Assembly: GCA_002269645.1 (NCBI GenBank)
Contig: NIVC01002947.1
Span: 2,565-66,564, forward strand
Length of the DNA stretch: 64,000 bases
Origin: Macrostomum lignano
Lineage: Eukaryota
Direction of reading: 5' to 3'
The notes beneath the pieces were generated by a model. The model was given only the letters and a program-made list of their open reading frames with translations. It was not told the DNA's origin and searched no databases. The stretch's first letter is position 1. Each line of letters starts with the position of its first letter. Below, piece by piece: positions 27,600 to 46,990 of the stretch. Both the position numbers and the translations under genes were made by a program.

Positions 27600-28330
27600 A
27601 GCTACCTACCTACCTACCTAGCTACCTACCAACCTACCTACCTACCTACTCATAATCACCTAACTAGCTACCTACTTATCTACCTACCTACCAACCTACC
27701 TACATACCTGCCAACCTCCCTACCTACCTGCCAACCTACCTACCTACCTGCCAACCTACCTACCTACCTGCCAACCTACCTACATACCTGCCAACCTCCC
27801 TACATACCTGCCAACCTCCCTACATACCTGCAAACCTCCCTACATACCTGCCAACCTCCCTACATACCTGCCAACCTCCCTACATACCTGCAAACCTCCC
27901 TACATACCTGCCAACCTCCCTACATACCTGCAAACCTCCCTACATACCTGCCAACCTCCCTACATACCTGCCAACCTCCCTACATACCTGCAAACCTCCC
28001 TACATACCTGCCAACCTCCCTACATACCTGCCAACCTCCCTACATACCTGCCAACCTCCCTACATACCTGCAAACCTCCCTACATACCTGCCAACCTCCC
28101 TACATACCTGCAAACCTCCCTACATACCTGCCAACCTCCCTACATACCTGCAAACCTCCCTACATACCTGCCAACCTCCCTACATACCTGCCAACCTCCC
28201 TACATACCTGCCAACCTCCCTACATACCTGCCAACCTCCCTACATACCTGCAAACCTCCCTACATACCTGCCAACCTCCCTACATACCTGCAAACCTCCC
28301 TACATACCTGCCAACCTACTTACAAAGCTT
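27600..28330. repeat. CTAC-rich tract with 20-bp minisatellite TACATACCTGCCAACCTCCC
   Basis: About 27 near-identical 20-mers at 27780-28318 with C/A variants, grading into (CTAC)n on both sides. Confidence 0.93.
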
Positions 28331-29190
28331 ACCTACCTACTTATCTAACTAGCTACCTACCTTCCTACCTACAAACCTACCTACTTACCTGGCTACGTAT
28401 CTACGTATTTATACCGGTACATGCCTACGCCTACCTAATTAACTACCTACCTACTTACAAACCTATTTACCTATTTGCCTGACTACCTACTCACCTAGCT
28501 AACTTTATAGTTAGATGATTTTTATAGGTATAGATAAGTAGACGCTCACAAGGGGTGTACAGGGGTCCCGACATTCTCATCGTAAAGAAGCTGCGGCCCT
28601 CATAAACTGCTAGTTTAGAATTTTTTTACAGAATCGAACCCCGATGCTCTGTAGGCTAGCCAAGCCTTCTTTGGGTTGAGAGACCATTGCACCCAGGGTC
28701 GCGTGACCCCAGCCCCCACCCCTAGCGTCCCAATTTTCGTTCAAAAACAAATCGAACACGGGGAGCTCAAAAACAGGAAGCTGCACAAGTCCTTCTGGCA
28801 GCTGTGTGCCGGATCTCAGGCGCCTCAGCTGCCGCACAGGCTACAGAGAGGCCCGAACTGCCGGAAACGCAGTTAAACCCCTCAGCCTCACCCTCCTCCT
28901 TCTCCTCCATCTCCTCCATCTCTAGCTCCTCAGCTCCCCCATTTCTTACCTCGGCCAGAGCGTGAGGAAAGAAATCCGGGGGAGGTTAAGGGGCAGAGGC
29001 CGAGGCCTGAGCCGGAGAGCAGAGACGCGCGAAGCTCTCTCGTTCGCTCGAGACGCGCGGGCAAAAGTGATGGGGGAGGGGGAGAGACGGGGGGGGGGTC
29101 GGTCGGAGTCTTCAAACCGTCAGGCCATAGCAGCCGCTGAGCAGCCGCTCCTGAGCTCACCTGCCCAACGTGAGACCTGAACTACTGGGA

Positions 29191-36387
<7,197 letters not shown>

Positions 36388-36534
36388 CTGACCAACTTAC
36401 TGACCCAGTCACTGACCTCTGATCGAAGTGGATGCGCAACACTGTCAGCATTGTATTTTCACTCGCGCACAAACAAAATAAATATTTGCAGCACCGCATT
36501 CAGCATTCAGATTTCTCCGATCTGACAAGAATGA

Positions 36535-36815
36535 TGAGCAACTGACAGGAATATTTTGCAACTGACAAGAATATTGTGCAACTGACAAGAATGATGTACA
36601 ACTGACATGAATGATGTGCAACTGACAAGAATATTGTACAACTGACATGAATGATGTGCAACTGACAAAAACAATGTGCAACTGACAAGAATACTGTGCA
36701 ACTGACAAGAATGATATGGAACTGGCAAGAGTGATGTGAGACTGACAAGAATGGTTTGAGACTGACAAGAATGATCTGACAAGAACAGAAAAGAGTTGAG
36801 TGTAACTGACAAGAA
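36535..36815. repeat. 20-bp tandem repeat ACTGACAAGAATGATGTGCA (degenerate)
   Basis: About 13 copies just downstream of the PDE1 poly(A) signal. Confidence 0.88.
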
Positions 36816-37164
36816 GATTGAGCACTAAAAGCAAGAACAGCATAAAAGATGGCATATTATGTAATTATTTGCAAAATATATTTCACTGCCAGATAGAAAT
36901 TGGCAGCCACTGCGTGCAGTCTAGAAATGCAACGAACTGAAGGCATGCTGGCAGGGGCACGCTGTGGCCACAGCAAGTTGAAATAAGAAGCTACATTACC
37001 TAGGGTATAGCAGTATATGTAACTGCAAACATTACTACCTGCAGATACTACTTAATAAGCCCAAACAGTAGTAAGCAGAACATTTTATTAGTAAAACATT
37101 AGACAGGAGCATAAAATGCAACACATATCAACTACTTAGATTGAGTCAATAGAAAAATTACACT

Positions 37165-37960
37165 CGATTCTCAGGGCGATTCTCATGAGAGACAGTTTTC
37201 AGGGGTGATTCTCATGAGAGAGAGTCTTCAGGGGTGATTCTCATGAGAGAGAGTTTTCAGGGGTGATTCTCATGAGAGAGAGTTTTCAGGGGTGATTCTC
37301 ATGAGAGAGAGTTCTCAGGGGTGATTCTCATGAGAGAGAGTTTTCAGGGGTGATTGTCATGAGAGAGAGTTTTCAGGGGTGATTCTCATGAGAGAGAGTT
37401 TTCAGGGGTGATTCTCATGAGAGAGAGTTCTCAGGGGCGATTCTCAAGGTGAGACAGTTCTCAGGGGCGATTCCCAAGGGGAGACAGTTCTCAGGGGCGA
37501 TTCCCAAGGGGAGACAGTTCTCAGGGGCGATTCCCAAGGTGAGACAGTTCTCAGGGGCGATTCCCAAGGGGAGACAGTTCTCAGGGGCGATTCCCAAGGT
37601 GAGACAGTTCTCAGGGGCGATTCCCAAGGGGAGACAGTTCTCAGGGGCGATTCCCAAGGGGAGACAGTTCTCAGGGGCGATTCCCAAGGGGAGACAGTTC
37701 TCAGGGGCGATTCCCAAGGTGAGACAGTTCTCAGGGGCGATTCCCAAGGGGAGACAGTTCTCAGGGGCGATTCCCAAGGGGAGACAGTTCTCAGGGGCGA
37801 TTCCCAAGGGGAGACAGTTCTCAGGGGCGATTCCCAAGGGGAGACAGTTCTCAGGGGCGATTCCCAAGGGGAGACAGTTCTCAGGGGCGATTCCCAAGGG
37901 GAGACAGTTCTCAGTGGCGATTCCCAAGGGGAGAAAGTTCTCAGGGGCGATTATCATGAG
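37165..37960. repeat. 29-bp to 30-bp minisatellite (GAGACAGTTCTCAGGGGCGATTCCCAAGGG)
   Basis: 29-bp units containing TCTCATGAGA at 37165-37440 switch to 30-bp units at 37441-37960. Confidence 0.95.
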
Positions 37961-38042
37961 AGAGCGGCTCGGAGGAGCAGGAGCTCTGACAAATAATTGT
38001 CCAGAAGAGTCAAGCAAAGAACCAGAGCTGGCCGCCCGCAAC

Positions 38043-40352
38043 TCATGACTGGAAATTCTCGTCAATCATGGCCCTGCGCAGGGCATCGGATAGCGAGGCC
38101 TGCACCACGCTGAGCCGCTCCGCTGGGGCGCAGTCCGCCTGCCGCAGCTCCGCCAGCGCGTGCATCAGGTCGAACAGCTGGGCGGAGGTGAACACCGCCT
38201 GGTGACGCAGCTCTAAGAGGGGCAGGCAGTCCTGCAGCAGCGACAGCCAGTACCGCCTGCGGTAAGAGATGGGCCAGTGCTGCTGGTGCCTTCTCAGCTG
38301 CTCGCCATTTCCCGTGTGTTCTTACCCTACTTTCCCCTACTGCCCTCTCACCCCTACTCTCCCTCTCTCCTTCTCACCCCTACTCCCCCTACTATTCCTC
38401 TCTCCTCTTTCCTACTCCTTTTACCCCTACTCACCCTCTTTCCCTTATTTTCCTCTCTGCCCCATTCTCCCCTACTCTCCCTCTCAACCCTACTCTCCAT
38501 CTCTCCCTCTCACCCCTACTCTTCCTCTCTCCTTCTCTTCCCTACTCTCCCTCTCCCCCCTACTCTCCCTCTCACCCCTACTCTTCCTCTCTCCCCTACT
38601 CTTCCTCTCTCCTTCTCTTCCCTACTCTCCCTCTCCCCCCTACTCTCCCTCTCACCCCTACTCTCCCTCTCACCCTAGCCTTCTCTACTAACAGGTAGGT
38701 CCCTACATCGAGCTGCACAACTGCCTCACCTGGGAATCATTCGCGAGCTGAGCAGCTGCGCGGCCACATCGGCCGCTTCGGCCAGCTGTCCGGCGGACAC
38801 CCGATCGTGGAAGAGCTTGTACTGGCACAGGAAGGCCATTCGGTTGCTAAGCAGAGCGCTGGTTGCCAGGCAGTCGAGCGCATCAGCTGAAGCGGCCCTG
38901 GCCAGGCCGGCCGAGTCGCCGCCAGCTCCCAGCAGGAATTTATCCGCTATGGCCGCTACTAGACGAGGGTCGCGAGCTCGAATCGCCCAGGTAAGCGCGT
39001 TGCCTAGACAACCTTTGTCAAGGGCGCGCCTAGCAACGGTTCTGGCCACGGTGTTGGCGGAGTCTAGAAGGCCGCGGGCATGGCAGGCGGCGAAAATCTG
39101 CTCCGCTTTGCGCTGCGACTCCGGCGGCACGCGGACCAGCAGAGCCTCCTGCGGGGTGGCAGCGGCGGCGTGAGGGCTCGGCTGTGTAATCCTCTGGTTT
39201 ACAGAGCTGCTTCCATGCTCTATCTATGGCTGCTTCCATCCTCTATTTATGGCTGCTTCCATCCTCTATTTATGACTGCTTCCATCCTCTATTTATGGCT
39301 GCTTCCATGCTCTATCTATGGCTGCTTCCATGCTCTATTTATGGCTGCTTCCATGCTCTATTTATGGCTGCTTCCATGCTCTATCTATGGCTGCTTCCAT
39401 GCTCTATTTACGGCTGCTTCCATGCTCTATCATGGCTGCTTCCATGCTCTATTTACGGCTGCTTCCATGCTTTATCTATGGCTGCTTCCATGCTCTATTT
39501 ACGGCTGTTACCATGATCTGCTTAGAGCAGCTTCCAATAAGAGTAGAACTTATACAAGAAGATATTTACAAAGACCAGCAGCAGAGCCAGTCCGCTTACC
39601 TGATAGTGCCTGCCGTAGTTGGAGCAGTAGTCCAAGTAGCTCACGGCCAGCTGCCACAGCGCGGCCCGGCCCAGCATGCTGTGCGAGTACTCCAACAGGA
39701 AGTGCTCGCGAATGGCCCCGAACCCGCCGCCGCTGCCACTGTAGCCACCGACCTCGCCGCCCAGGCAGTGGTGCAGCAGGTCGGCCAGGTGCGCCACGAA
39801 CCACCAGTTGCTGCCGAGGCAGCCGGCCGCTTCGGCCAGGAACTGCCCGACCTGACCGTCGAACAGCAGGCGGACCAGCACGCCGTCCAGTAGGCCGTCA
39901 CCGTCGCCGTCCCGTTGACTGGGCCGGTCTCGCTTGTACAGCGCCTCGGCTTCGGGGGCCTCGCGTCCGAGGCAGTCCAGTGAGCCGGTGGGGTTGGTGA
40001 GCAGCAGGCGCGCCAGCAGCAGCTGGTACCAGGAGTCGCACAGGCCGACAATCTCCGGCCTAGCGAAGGCGTCCTCGTCGCCAGCCAGCAGTTCAACGAG
40101 CAGCTCCAGCTGCGGGTGGGCGGCGAACAGGCCGGCCTCGAGGCGCACGCGGACGTCCTTCTGCCACAGGCAGTGGGCGACATCGAACTTGCGCACTGAC
40201 TGGCTGTCGCGTACGAAGCTGTACTTTGGCATGTTGAGCAGCTCCATCGCGTCTTTGAGCTGCTGCTGACGGCCGGCCTGAGAGTGCTGAGACAGCAGGT
40301 TGCGGGCGTCCACGGTGCGGCCCTGCGGAGGGGCGGGTTTGGGATAATCTGA

Positions 40353-40416
<64 letters not shown>

Positions 40417-40423
40417 GTGTCTT

Positions 40424-40470
<47 letters not shown>

Positions 40471-40473
40471 GCC

Positions 40474-40540
<67 letters not shown>

Positions 40541-41247
40541 GTCTGTCAGTGCCCAGCTCGTACCTGCAGCACCAGCAGGTACAGTGAGTCCCAGAACCGC
40601 TGGTGCAGCTCGGGCGCATCAGTGGCGTTGGCAGACTCCAGCAGCTCGGCAATCCAGCGGTCGGGCTGCGGGCAGTGCAGCCGGGCCCAGTCTACCAGCT
40701 CCAGCAGAATTTGAGGGGCGGCGGCGGCGCTCTGATAGCGCGGCGCTACCCAGAGGATCTCCACCAGGTGCCACAGTATCTGGCAGGCAGCCAAAAGTTG
40801 CGACTGGTTCTCCAGGAAGGCGGCAGCTTCGGGCTCATCGGTAGCAGCAGCAGCGGAGTCCATCAGCTCGGAGGCGCAGTCGTGCATGAGGGCGCGGTAC
40901 TCCTTGCTGCAGCGGAGCAGAGCCTCGCGAGTCTCAGCGGAGCTGCCAACGGAGGCGTCGCCAAGTCGCTGGCAGGTGAGGAACACCCGGTGCGACTCGG
41001 CAGCCAGCCGGCGAAGGGTGTCGCAGTCGTGAAACTCGGTGGACCAGCGGCATTCAAGCAGGTGTCCGGAGCTGGCAGCAGCGACAGCTGGCCGAGAGCT
41101 GGCCGCGGCGGCCGCCTTGAAGACGGTGACGACCGCGCCTAGGGAGGACCAGGCGGCTCCCAGCTGACAGCCGGCTTCCACTGTCGGCAGCGGCAGCGCC
41201 ACCGAGCTCTCCGGCTGCTGAGATGAGGCCGCTTCGCCTTGGAACAT
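38043..41247 (-). CDS. NUP85: Nuclear pore complex protein Nup85, ~679 aa
   Basis: Exons 41247-40564, 40322-39600, 39148-38730 and 38256-38043; all GT-AG, total 2040 nt in frame. Motifs: [116 protein letters not shown]. Confidence 0.93.
38320..38685. repeat. CT-rich degenerate repeat (CCCCTACTCTCCCTCT) in NUP85 intron 3
   Basis: Recurring CCCTACTCT core. Confidence 0.85.
39200..39515. repeat. 23-bp tandem repeat ATGGCTGCTTCCATGCTCTATTT in NUP85 intron 2
   Basis: About 14 copies. Confidence 0.92.
40353..40540. repeat. (TCTG)n microsatellite in NUP85 intron 1
   Basis: About 46 units. Confidence 0.97.
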
Positions 41248-41296
41248 CACGGCTGGGCTGCGACAGTTGCGAGTGGCAGCTTTAATCTCATGAACC

Positions 41297-41915
41297 TCAC
41301 TTGAGATGCTTTGGGAATCTCACTGAGATTCTTTGGGAATCTCACTGAGAGGCTTTGGGAATCTCTCTGAGATGCTTTGGGAATCTCACTGAGATTCTTT
41401 GGGAACCTCACTTGAGATGCTTTGGGAACCTCACTTGAGATGCTTTGGGAACCTCACTTGAGATGCTTTGGGAACCTCACTTGAGATGCTTTGGGAATCT
41501 CACTGAGATGCTTTGGGAATCTCTCTGAGATGCTTTGGGAATCTCTCTGAGATGCTTTGGGAATCTCTCTGAGATGCTTAGGGAATCTCTCTGAGATGCT
41601 TTGGGAATCTCTTTGAGATGCTTAGGGAATCTCTCTGAGATGCTTTGTGAATCTCTTTGAGATGCTTAGGGAATCTCTCTGAGATGCTTTGTGAATCTCT
41701 CTGATGCTTTGGGAATCTCTCTGAGATGCTTTGGGAATCTCTCTGAGATGCTTAGGGAATCTCTCTGAGATGCTTTGTGAATCTCTCTGATGCTTTGGGA
41801 ATCTCTCTGAGATGCTTTGGGAATCTCTCTGAGATGCTTTGGGAATCTGGGAATCTCTCTGAGATGCTGGAAGGATGATTGGAATCTCTCTGAGATGCTT
41901 TGGGAATCTCACTTA
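41297..41915. repeat. 22-bp minisatellite GGGAATCTCTCTGAGATGCTTT
   Basis: About 28 copies in the UVSSA-NUP85 spacer. Confidence 0.93.
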
Positions 41916-42375
41916 GAGGCATTGGGAATCTCACTGGAAGTAATCTGGAATCCCACTGGAAGGAATCTGGAATTTCACTGGAAGGAATCTGGAATTTCAC
42001 TGGAAGGAATCTGGAATTTCACTGGAAGGAATCTGGAATTTCACTGGAAGGAATCTGGAATTTCACTGGAAGGAATCTGGAATCTCACTGGAAGTAATCT
42101 GGAATCCCACTGGAAGGAATCTGGAATCCCACTGGAGGGAATCTGGAATCTCACTGGAAGTAATCTGGAATCCCACTGGAAGGAATCTGGAGTCTCACTG
42201 GAAGGAATCTGGAGTCTCACTGGAAGGAATCTGGAGTCTCACTGGAATGAATCTGGAGTCTCACTGGGAGGAATCTGGAGTCTCACTGAAAGGAATCTGG
42301 AGTCTCACTGAAAGGAATCTGGAGTCTCACTGGAAGGAATCTGGAGTCTCATTGGGAGGAATCTGGAATCCTACT
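41916..42375. repeat. 22-bp GGAATCT-family minisatellite (GGAATCTGGAATCTCACTGGAA)
   Basis: About 21 copies; same family as 34168-34842. Confidence 0.93.
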
Positions 42376-42542
42376 AGAAAGCATTGGGAATTAAGCAAAC
42401 TCTAAACAATATCTAAAAAGTATAAAATTAAAACTAACAGAAGCATGATAAGAATAAAAATCAGCAGGATTACAAGACCATGGTATATTTACTGCATATC
42501 TACCCCAGCATAAAATATTCCAGTTAGGAAGGCCAGGCCAGC

Positions 42543-44681
42543 TCAGTTCAGGAACTGGTACTGGAACTGGTCTCCGAATTTCTCCTGCATTTTCCTTCGC
42601 CGTCTCGCCTCCTCGTCCTCGGCCGCCCGCCTCAGCGCGGCCTTGCTGGCCACCCGGGCTGCCAGGCGGCTCCTCGGCGTGTCCACCAGCGCCCGGATGT
42701 CCACCAGGCCGCCGGTGCCGTCCGCCGTTGCGCTGTCGGCAGTCCACTGCGGCTGCTTCTTCCTCTTGACGGCCGCTTTCTTCTTAGGCGACTGAGACTG
42801 CGACTGGCTGCCGGACGGCTCTGCAGCGGAAGCAGAAGTGGCAGCAGCGGCGGTCAGCTGCCCAGCCTCATCCCTGGGCAGGATGCGGCCATGGAACGGG
42901 CACTTCAGGCGGTCCATTCGGGCGCAGACGCCGCCGCCGGGCAGCGGGTGGCGGCAGGCCCAGCGCACCGGCTCCTCGGGCTTCGAGTACACCATGGTGC
43001 GCATCGTCAGGATGTGCCGACTGCCGCTGATCTCGAAGGCTTCGTCGCCGTCCAGCGGCCGGTAGCCGAACGAGTGGCCGCCGTCGTCCATCCTGTAGCC
43101 GATGGTGGCCGAGCTGAGCTCCGCGGCCGCGTCCTTCGCGCCCCAGTGCAGCAGGTCCAGGCCGAACGGCACCGTGGGAACAGCGCTGCTCTTCGTCGAC
43201 TCTGTCGCCGAAGCCGACGAAGCTGCTGCCATCGTAGTTGACGCTGAAGTCGAAGAGGCAGCCGGTCTTGAAGCTGCCGACGACGGCTTGCTGGCGCTGG
43301 CCGGAGCCTCCTCGGCCTCCGTCTCGAAGCCTTCCTTTTTTTCGACAGCCTCGAAGTCGGTCGTGGATTCGTCGTCGTCATCCGTCAGGTTGTCGCCATC
43401 GACATCGTCGCTGAGGTGCGGCTGTCGGTCTCCGGCTGGCTGCCGCAGGATCCTCAGACTGGCCGCCTGTCCGAGCAGCCGGTCGGCTCTGGCCAGCAGG
43501 TCGGCCAGCTGGGCTCGCAGCTGCTGGTCGCTGGAGGAGTCGCTGCCGTCCTGCAGGCCGCCGCAGCGATCGGCCAGGGCCAGCCAGCGGGCCAGCCGTG
43601 GCCGGAGCTTCTTGCGCAGCTGGCCGGAGCGAGTCGCCAGGGCTTCGACCAGCTCGGCGTTGTCCGGCGTCTCTCGGACAGTCGGACGGGCCAAGCGAAG
43701 TTGCAGCGTCGATGTAGAGGAGGCGGCGGAGGCGGCGGCGGCGGTGGCCGAGCAGCTGACGATGCCGTGCAGCCGGCGGCGCTCGTCCTCGGTGGCGCCG
43801 TCAAAATCGGCGTCGGTGTCGTCTTCGGCGTCGTCGATGCTGTCGGCGTCGCCGGTCACACGGCCGGAGGTGAGCGAGTTCACGTCGAATTCCTCCGGCC
43901 GGGGCACCAGCAGCTCCAGGCAGTTGGCAACGGTTGCTAGGCAGGCGTTGAGCTCGGCCTCCTCGTCTTGAAACTGCCGCCGCGCCTCGTCCAGCAGGTC
44001 GCGCTTTTTCTCAGCCAGCCGGCGCGCCTCCGCCTGGCGCTGCTCGGCCGCCGCGGCGAGGCGGGAGCGAACCTGCGACAGGCGCGACTGGGAGGGGGAG
44101 AATCTAATCTCACTCTGAGATATCGAATCTCTTTGTGGCCTGTGAAACATTTGATCTCGATGTGAGAAAGCCGTGGAAATCCGTAGAAATCGAATCTAAT
44201 CTCTGTTATTAAACATCAAATTTCTCTCTGTCAAACATCTAATCTCTCTGTTAGACATCAAATCTCCTTATTTGTTAGACATTTAATCTCTCCGTGAGAA
44301 GCATTTTAATTCGCAATTTCTGATAAAAAATGCATTCATGAAGATCGGATTCTCTGATAGAGAAGTCAGCTGACTTGGTGAAAAACCGAACCCCCCACAG
44401 TCATGTTCAGAAACAGATTCAATCACTAAGCCCATTGAAGTCACGAAGGGTCAATTGATGCTCACCGCGTGCGCTTGAGAAAGAAATCTGAAAGCGAACA
44501 GCAGCTTGGGCTGCTCAGCGCTGAACTGCTCATGCCAGTCGATGAAGGCTTCCAGGGCGATGTCGCCCAGCTGACGGAACACTGACACCGGCTTGGGTGG
44601 CGGCGAGCTCGCGTCATTGTCTGCGGGGTGGGATAGGATAGATAGATAGATAAATGAAGACGGACAGACAGACAGACAGGC

Positions 44682-44714
<33 letters not shown>

Positions 44715-44737
44715 GGCAGACACTAAGACAGACAGGC

Positions 44738-44790
<53 letters not shown>

Positions 44791-44806
44791 TACAGGCAGA
44801 CAGACC

Positions 44807-44842
<36 letters not shown>

Positions 44843-45269
44843 GGCAGACAGACAGGCAGACAGACAGACAGGCAGACAGACAGACAGGCAGACAGGCAGA
44901 CAGGCAGACAGACAGACACAGGCAGTTAAAAAACCCACCAGTGAGCACGGAGGCCACCAGTCTTTCGAACCTGTCCAGCACCAGTTCCCGGAAGCGGCGC
45001 GACCTTCTAAACAGCAGGTCGACAATCTGGAAGGCGGACAGGCGCACCTGAGCATGGTCCTGGGCCAGGCGGTGGCACAGCAGGCTGTGCGCCAGGTCCA
45101 CCAGCTGCTGGTCGGAGCGGCAGAGCCGCTTCAGCTCGGCGCTGTCCGCCGGGTCGAGGCTGGGCCGGCCGCTGCGCGTGAGCCGCTCGATGCAGCCGTG
45201 CAGGCGGTCCCGGGGGTCGGCGGCGGTGGCTGCGCCTGGACGACCGCGGCGACCCCGGGAGGCGTCCAT
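42543..45269 (-). CDS. UVSSA: UV-stimulated scaffold protein A (transcription-coupled NER), ~676 aa
   Basis: Exons 45269-44939, 44620-44466 and 44087-42543; an alternative in-frame acceptor gives a start at 44072. VHS-like N-terminus ([14 protein letters not shown]...ELKRLCR...[20 protein letters not shown]), CLELLVP, zinc-finger [31 protein letters not shown], and C-terminus [13 protein letters not shown]. Confidence 0.93.
44660..44920. repeat. (CAGA)n microsatellite in UVSSA intron 1
   Basis: About 65 units with CAGG variants. Confidence 0.96.
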
Positions 45270-45354
45270 GGCGACGGAATGACTGATGGGAGCGACTGGC
45301 GCAGCGCGGGATTGTCGCGCTGGAATGCGGCAAACTCAAGCTTGGATTTGGGAT

Positions 45355-45915
45355 CTTTGGGTTTGCGGACCTTTGATTGTGAGGATTCTGGGCACTGGGC
45401 TCTTTGAATGTGAGGATTCTGGGCCCTGGGACCTTTGATTGTGAGGATTCTGGGCACTGGGATATTTGAATGTGAGGATCTGAGAACTGGGATATTTGAA
45501 TGTGAGGATCTGAGAACTGGGATCTTTGAATGTGAGGATCTGAGAACTGGGATCTTTGAATGTGAGGATCTGGGCACTGGGACCTTTGATTGTGAGGATC
45601 TGGGCACTGGGACCTTTGATTGTGAGGATCTGAGAACTGGGATCTTTGATTGTGAGGATCTGAGAACTGGGATCTTTGAATGTGAGGATCTGAGAACTGG
45701 GATCTTTGAATGTGAGGATCTGAGGGATCTGACTGGGAACTGAGAACTGGGATCTTTGAATGTGAGGATCTGGGCACTGGGACTTTGAATGTGAGGATCT
45801 GGGCACTGGGATATTTGAATGTGAGGATCTGGGCACTGGGGTCTGGGCACTTGATTGTGAGGATCTGGGCACTGGGATAGTTGAATTTGGGGATCTGGGC
45901 ACTGGGATCGATCTG
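45355..45915. repeat. 30-bp minisatellite GAATGTGAGGATCTGAGAACTGGGATCTTT
   Basis: About 18 copies in the MTG2-UVSSA spacer. Confidence 0.92.
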
Positions 45916-46064
45916 GGCACTCGGCGACGTGAGAATCCAAGAAATATAAGACAGAAAACAGCTGACAGGTGGGTATCAAACAGAAATGTTTACTTCCTAC
46001 CGCACTAGCAATAATCTACAGAAGCGGACGCGCACAGATCAAAAGTCAAATGCCGCTATGACAA

Positions 46065-46958
46065 TCAAGCAAAAGACTTGTAGCAGAAGAATGAGTGCAA
46101 ATACTCCAGCAGCCGGTCAATATTGTGGCCAGTCTTGACCGAGATGGTCAGCACAGGGCCAGGCAGACTGTTTGCTTCTTGAAGCAGCAATTTCAGATTG
46201 TCCTCCGAGTAGCTGAGGTCGGCCTTGTTGGCAGCGATGAGTTTGACAGACCGGGACATGCCGGCGGAGAAGTGGTCCAGCTCGTCGCACAGGGTCTCCA
46301 CCTGGCCCAGGGGGTCCTGGGCGCCCAGGTCAATCACGCAGATCAGGCAGGGGCAGCGGGCGATGTGGCTGCAGGTTGCGGTGGGGATTGGAAAAGTACT
46401 TATGCAGCAGCCAAGGATGCCGGAGAATCACGCGGGCAACTCGTGGGCATTATAAAAATCCTCGAAAATAGCGAGAAAACCTGCGCAAAATTTATAAACT
46501 CGAAACTCCACAAACTCGAATCTCCACAAACTCGAATCTCCACAAACTCGAATCTGCACAAACTCGAAACTCCACAACTCGAATCTCCACAAACTCTAAT
46601 CTCCACAAACTCGAAACTCCACAAACTCGAATCTCCACAAACTCGAAAATTCACATCGCTAAAAAGTAACTCCCGCCATTACTAAAAACATCACAATTAG
46701 GAAGACGTGACATTTCGAGTTTATAAAAGCGACCTGGCTTACTTGCTAACCAACTGCAAACTGCAGCCTTACCGCAGAAAGTCGTGGCCCAGGCCCTGGT
46801 TGTCGTGCGCCCCCTCGATCAGGCCGGGGATGTCCGCCACGCTGACGTCCAGACTGGGGAACTTCACCACGCCAACGTGAGGCTGCAGAGTGGTGAAGGG
46901 CTGGGGTGACACCCGCGGCCGCGCCCTGCTCAGGGCCCTGAGCAGGGAGGACTTGCCA

Positions 46959-46990
<32 letters not shown>

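Noticed and set aside
28630-28650. Second tRNA-like B box (GGTTCGATTC on the minus strand)
   Set aside because: There is no matching A box at the proper distance.
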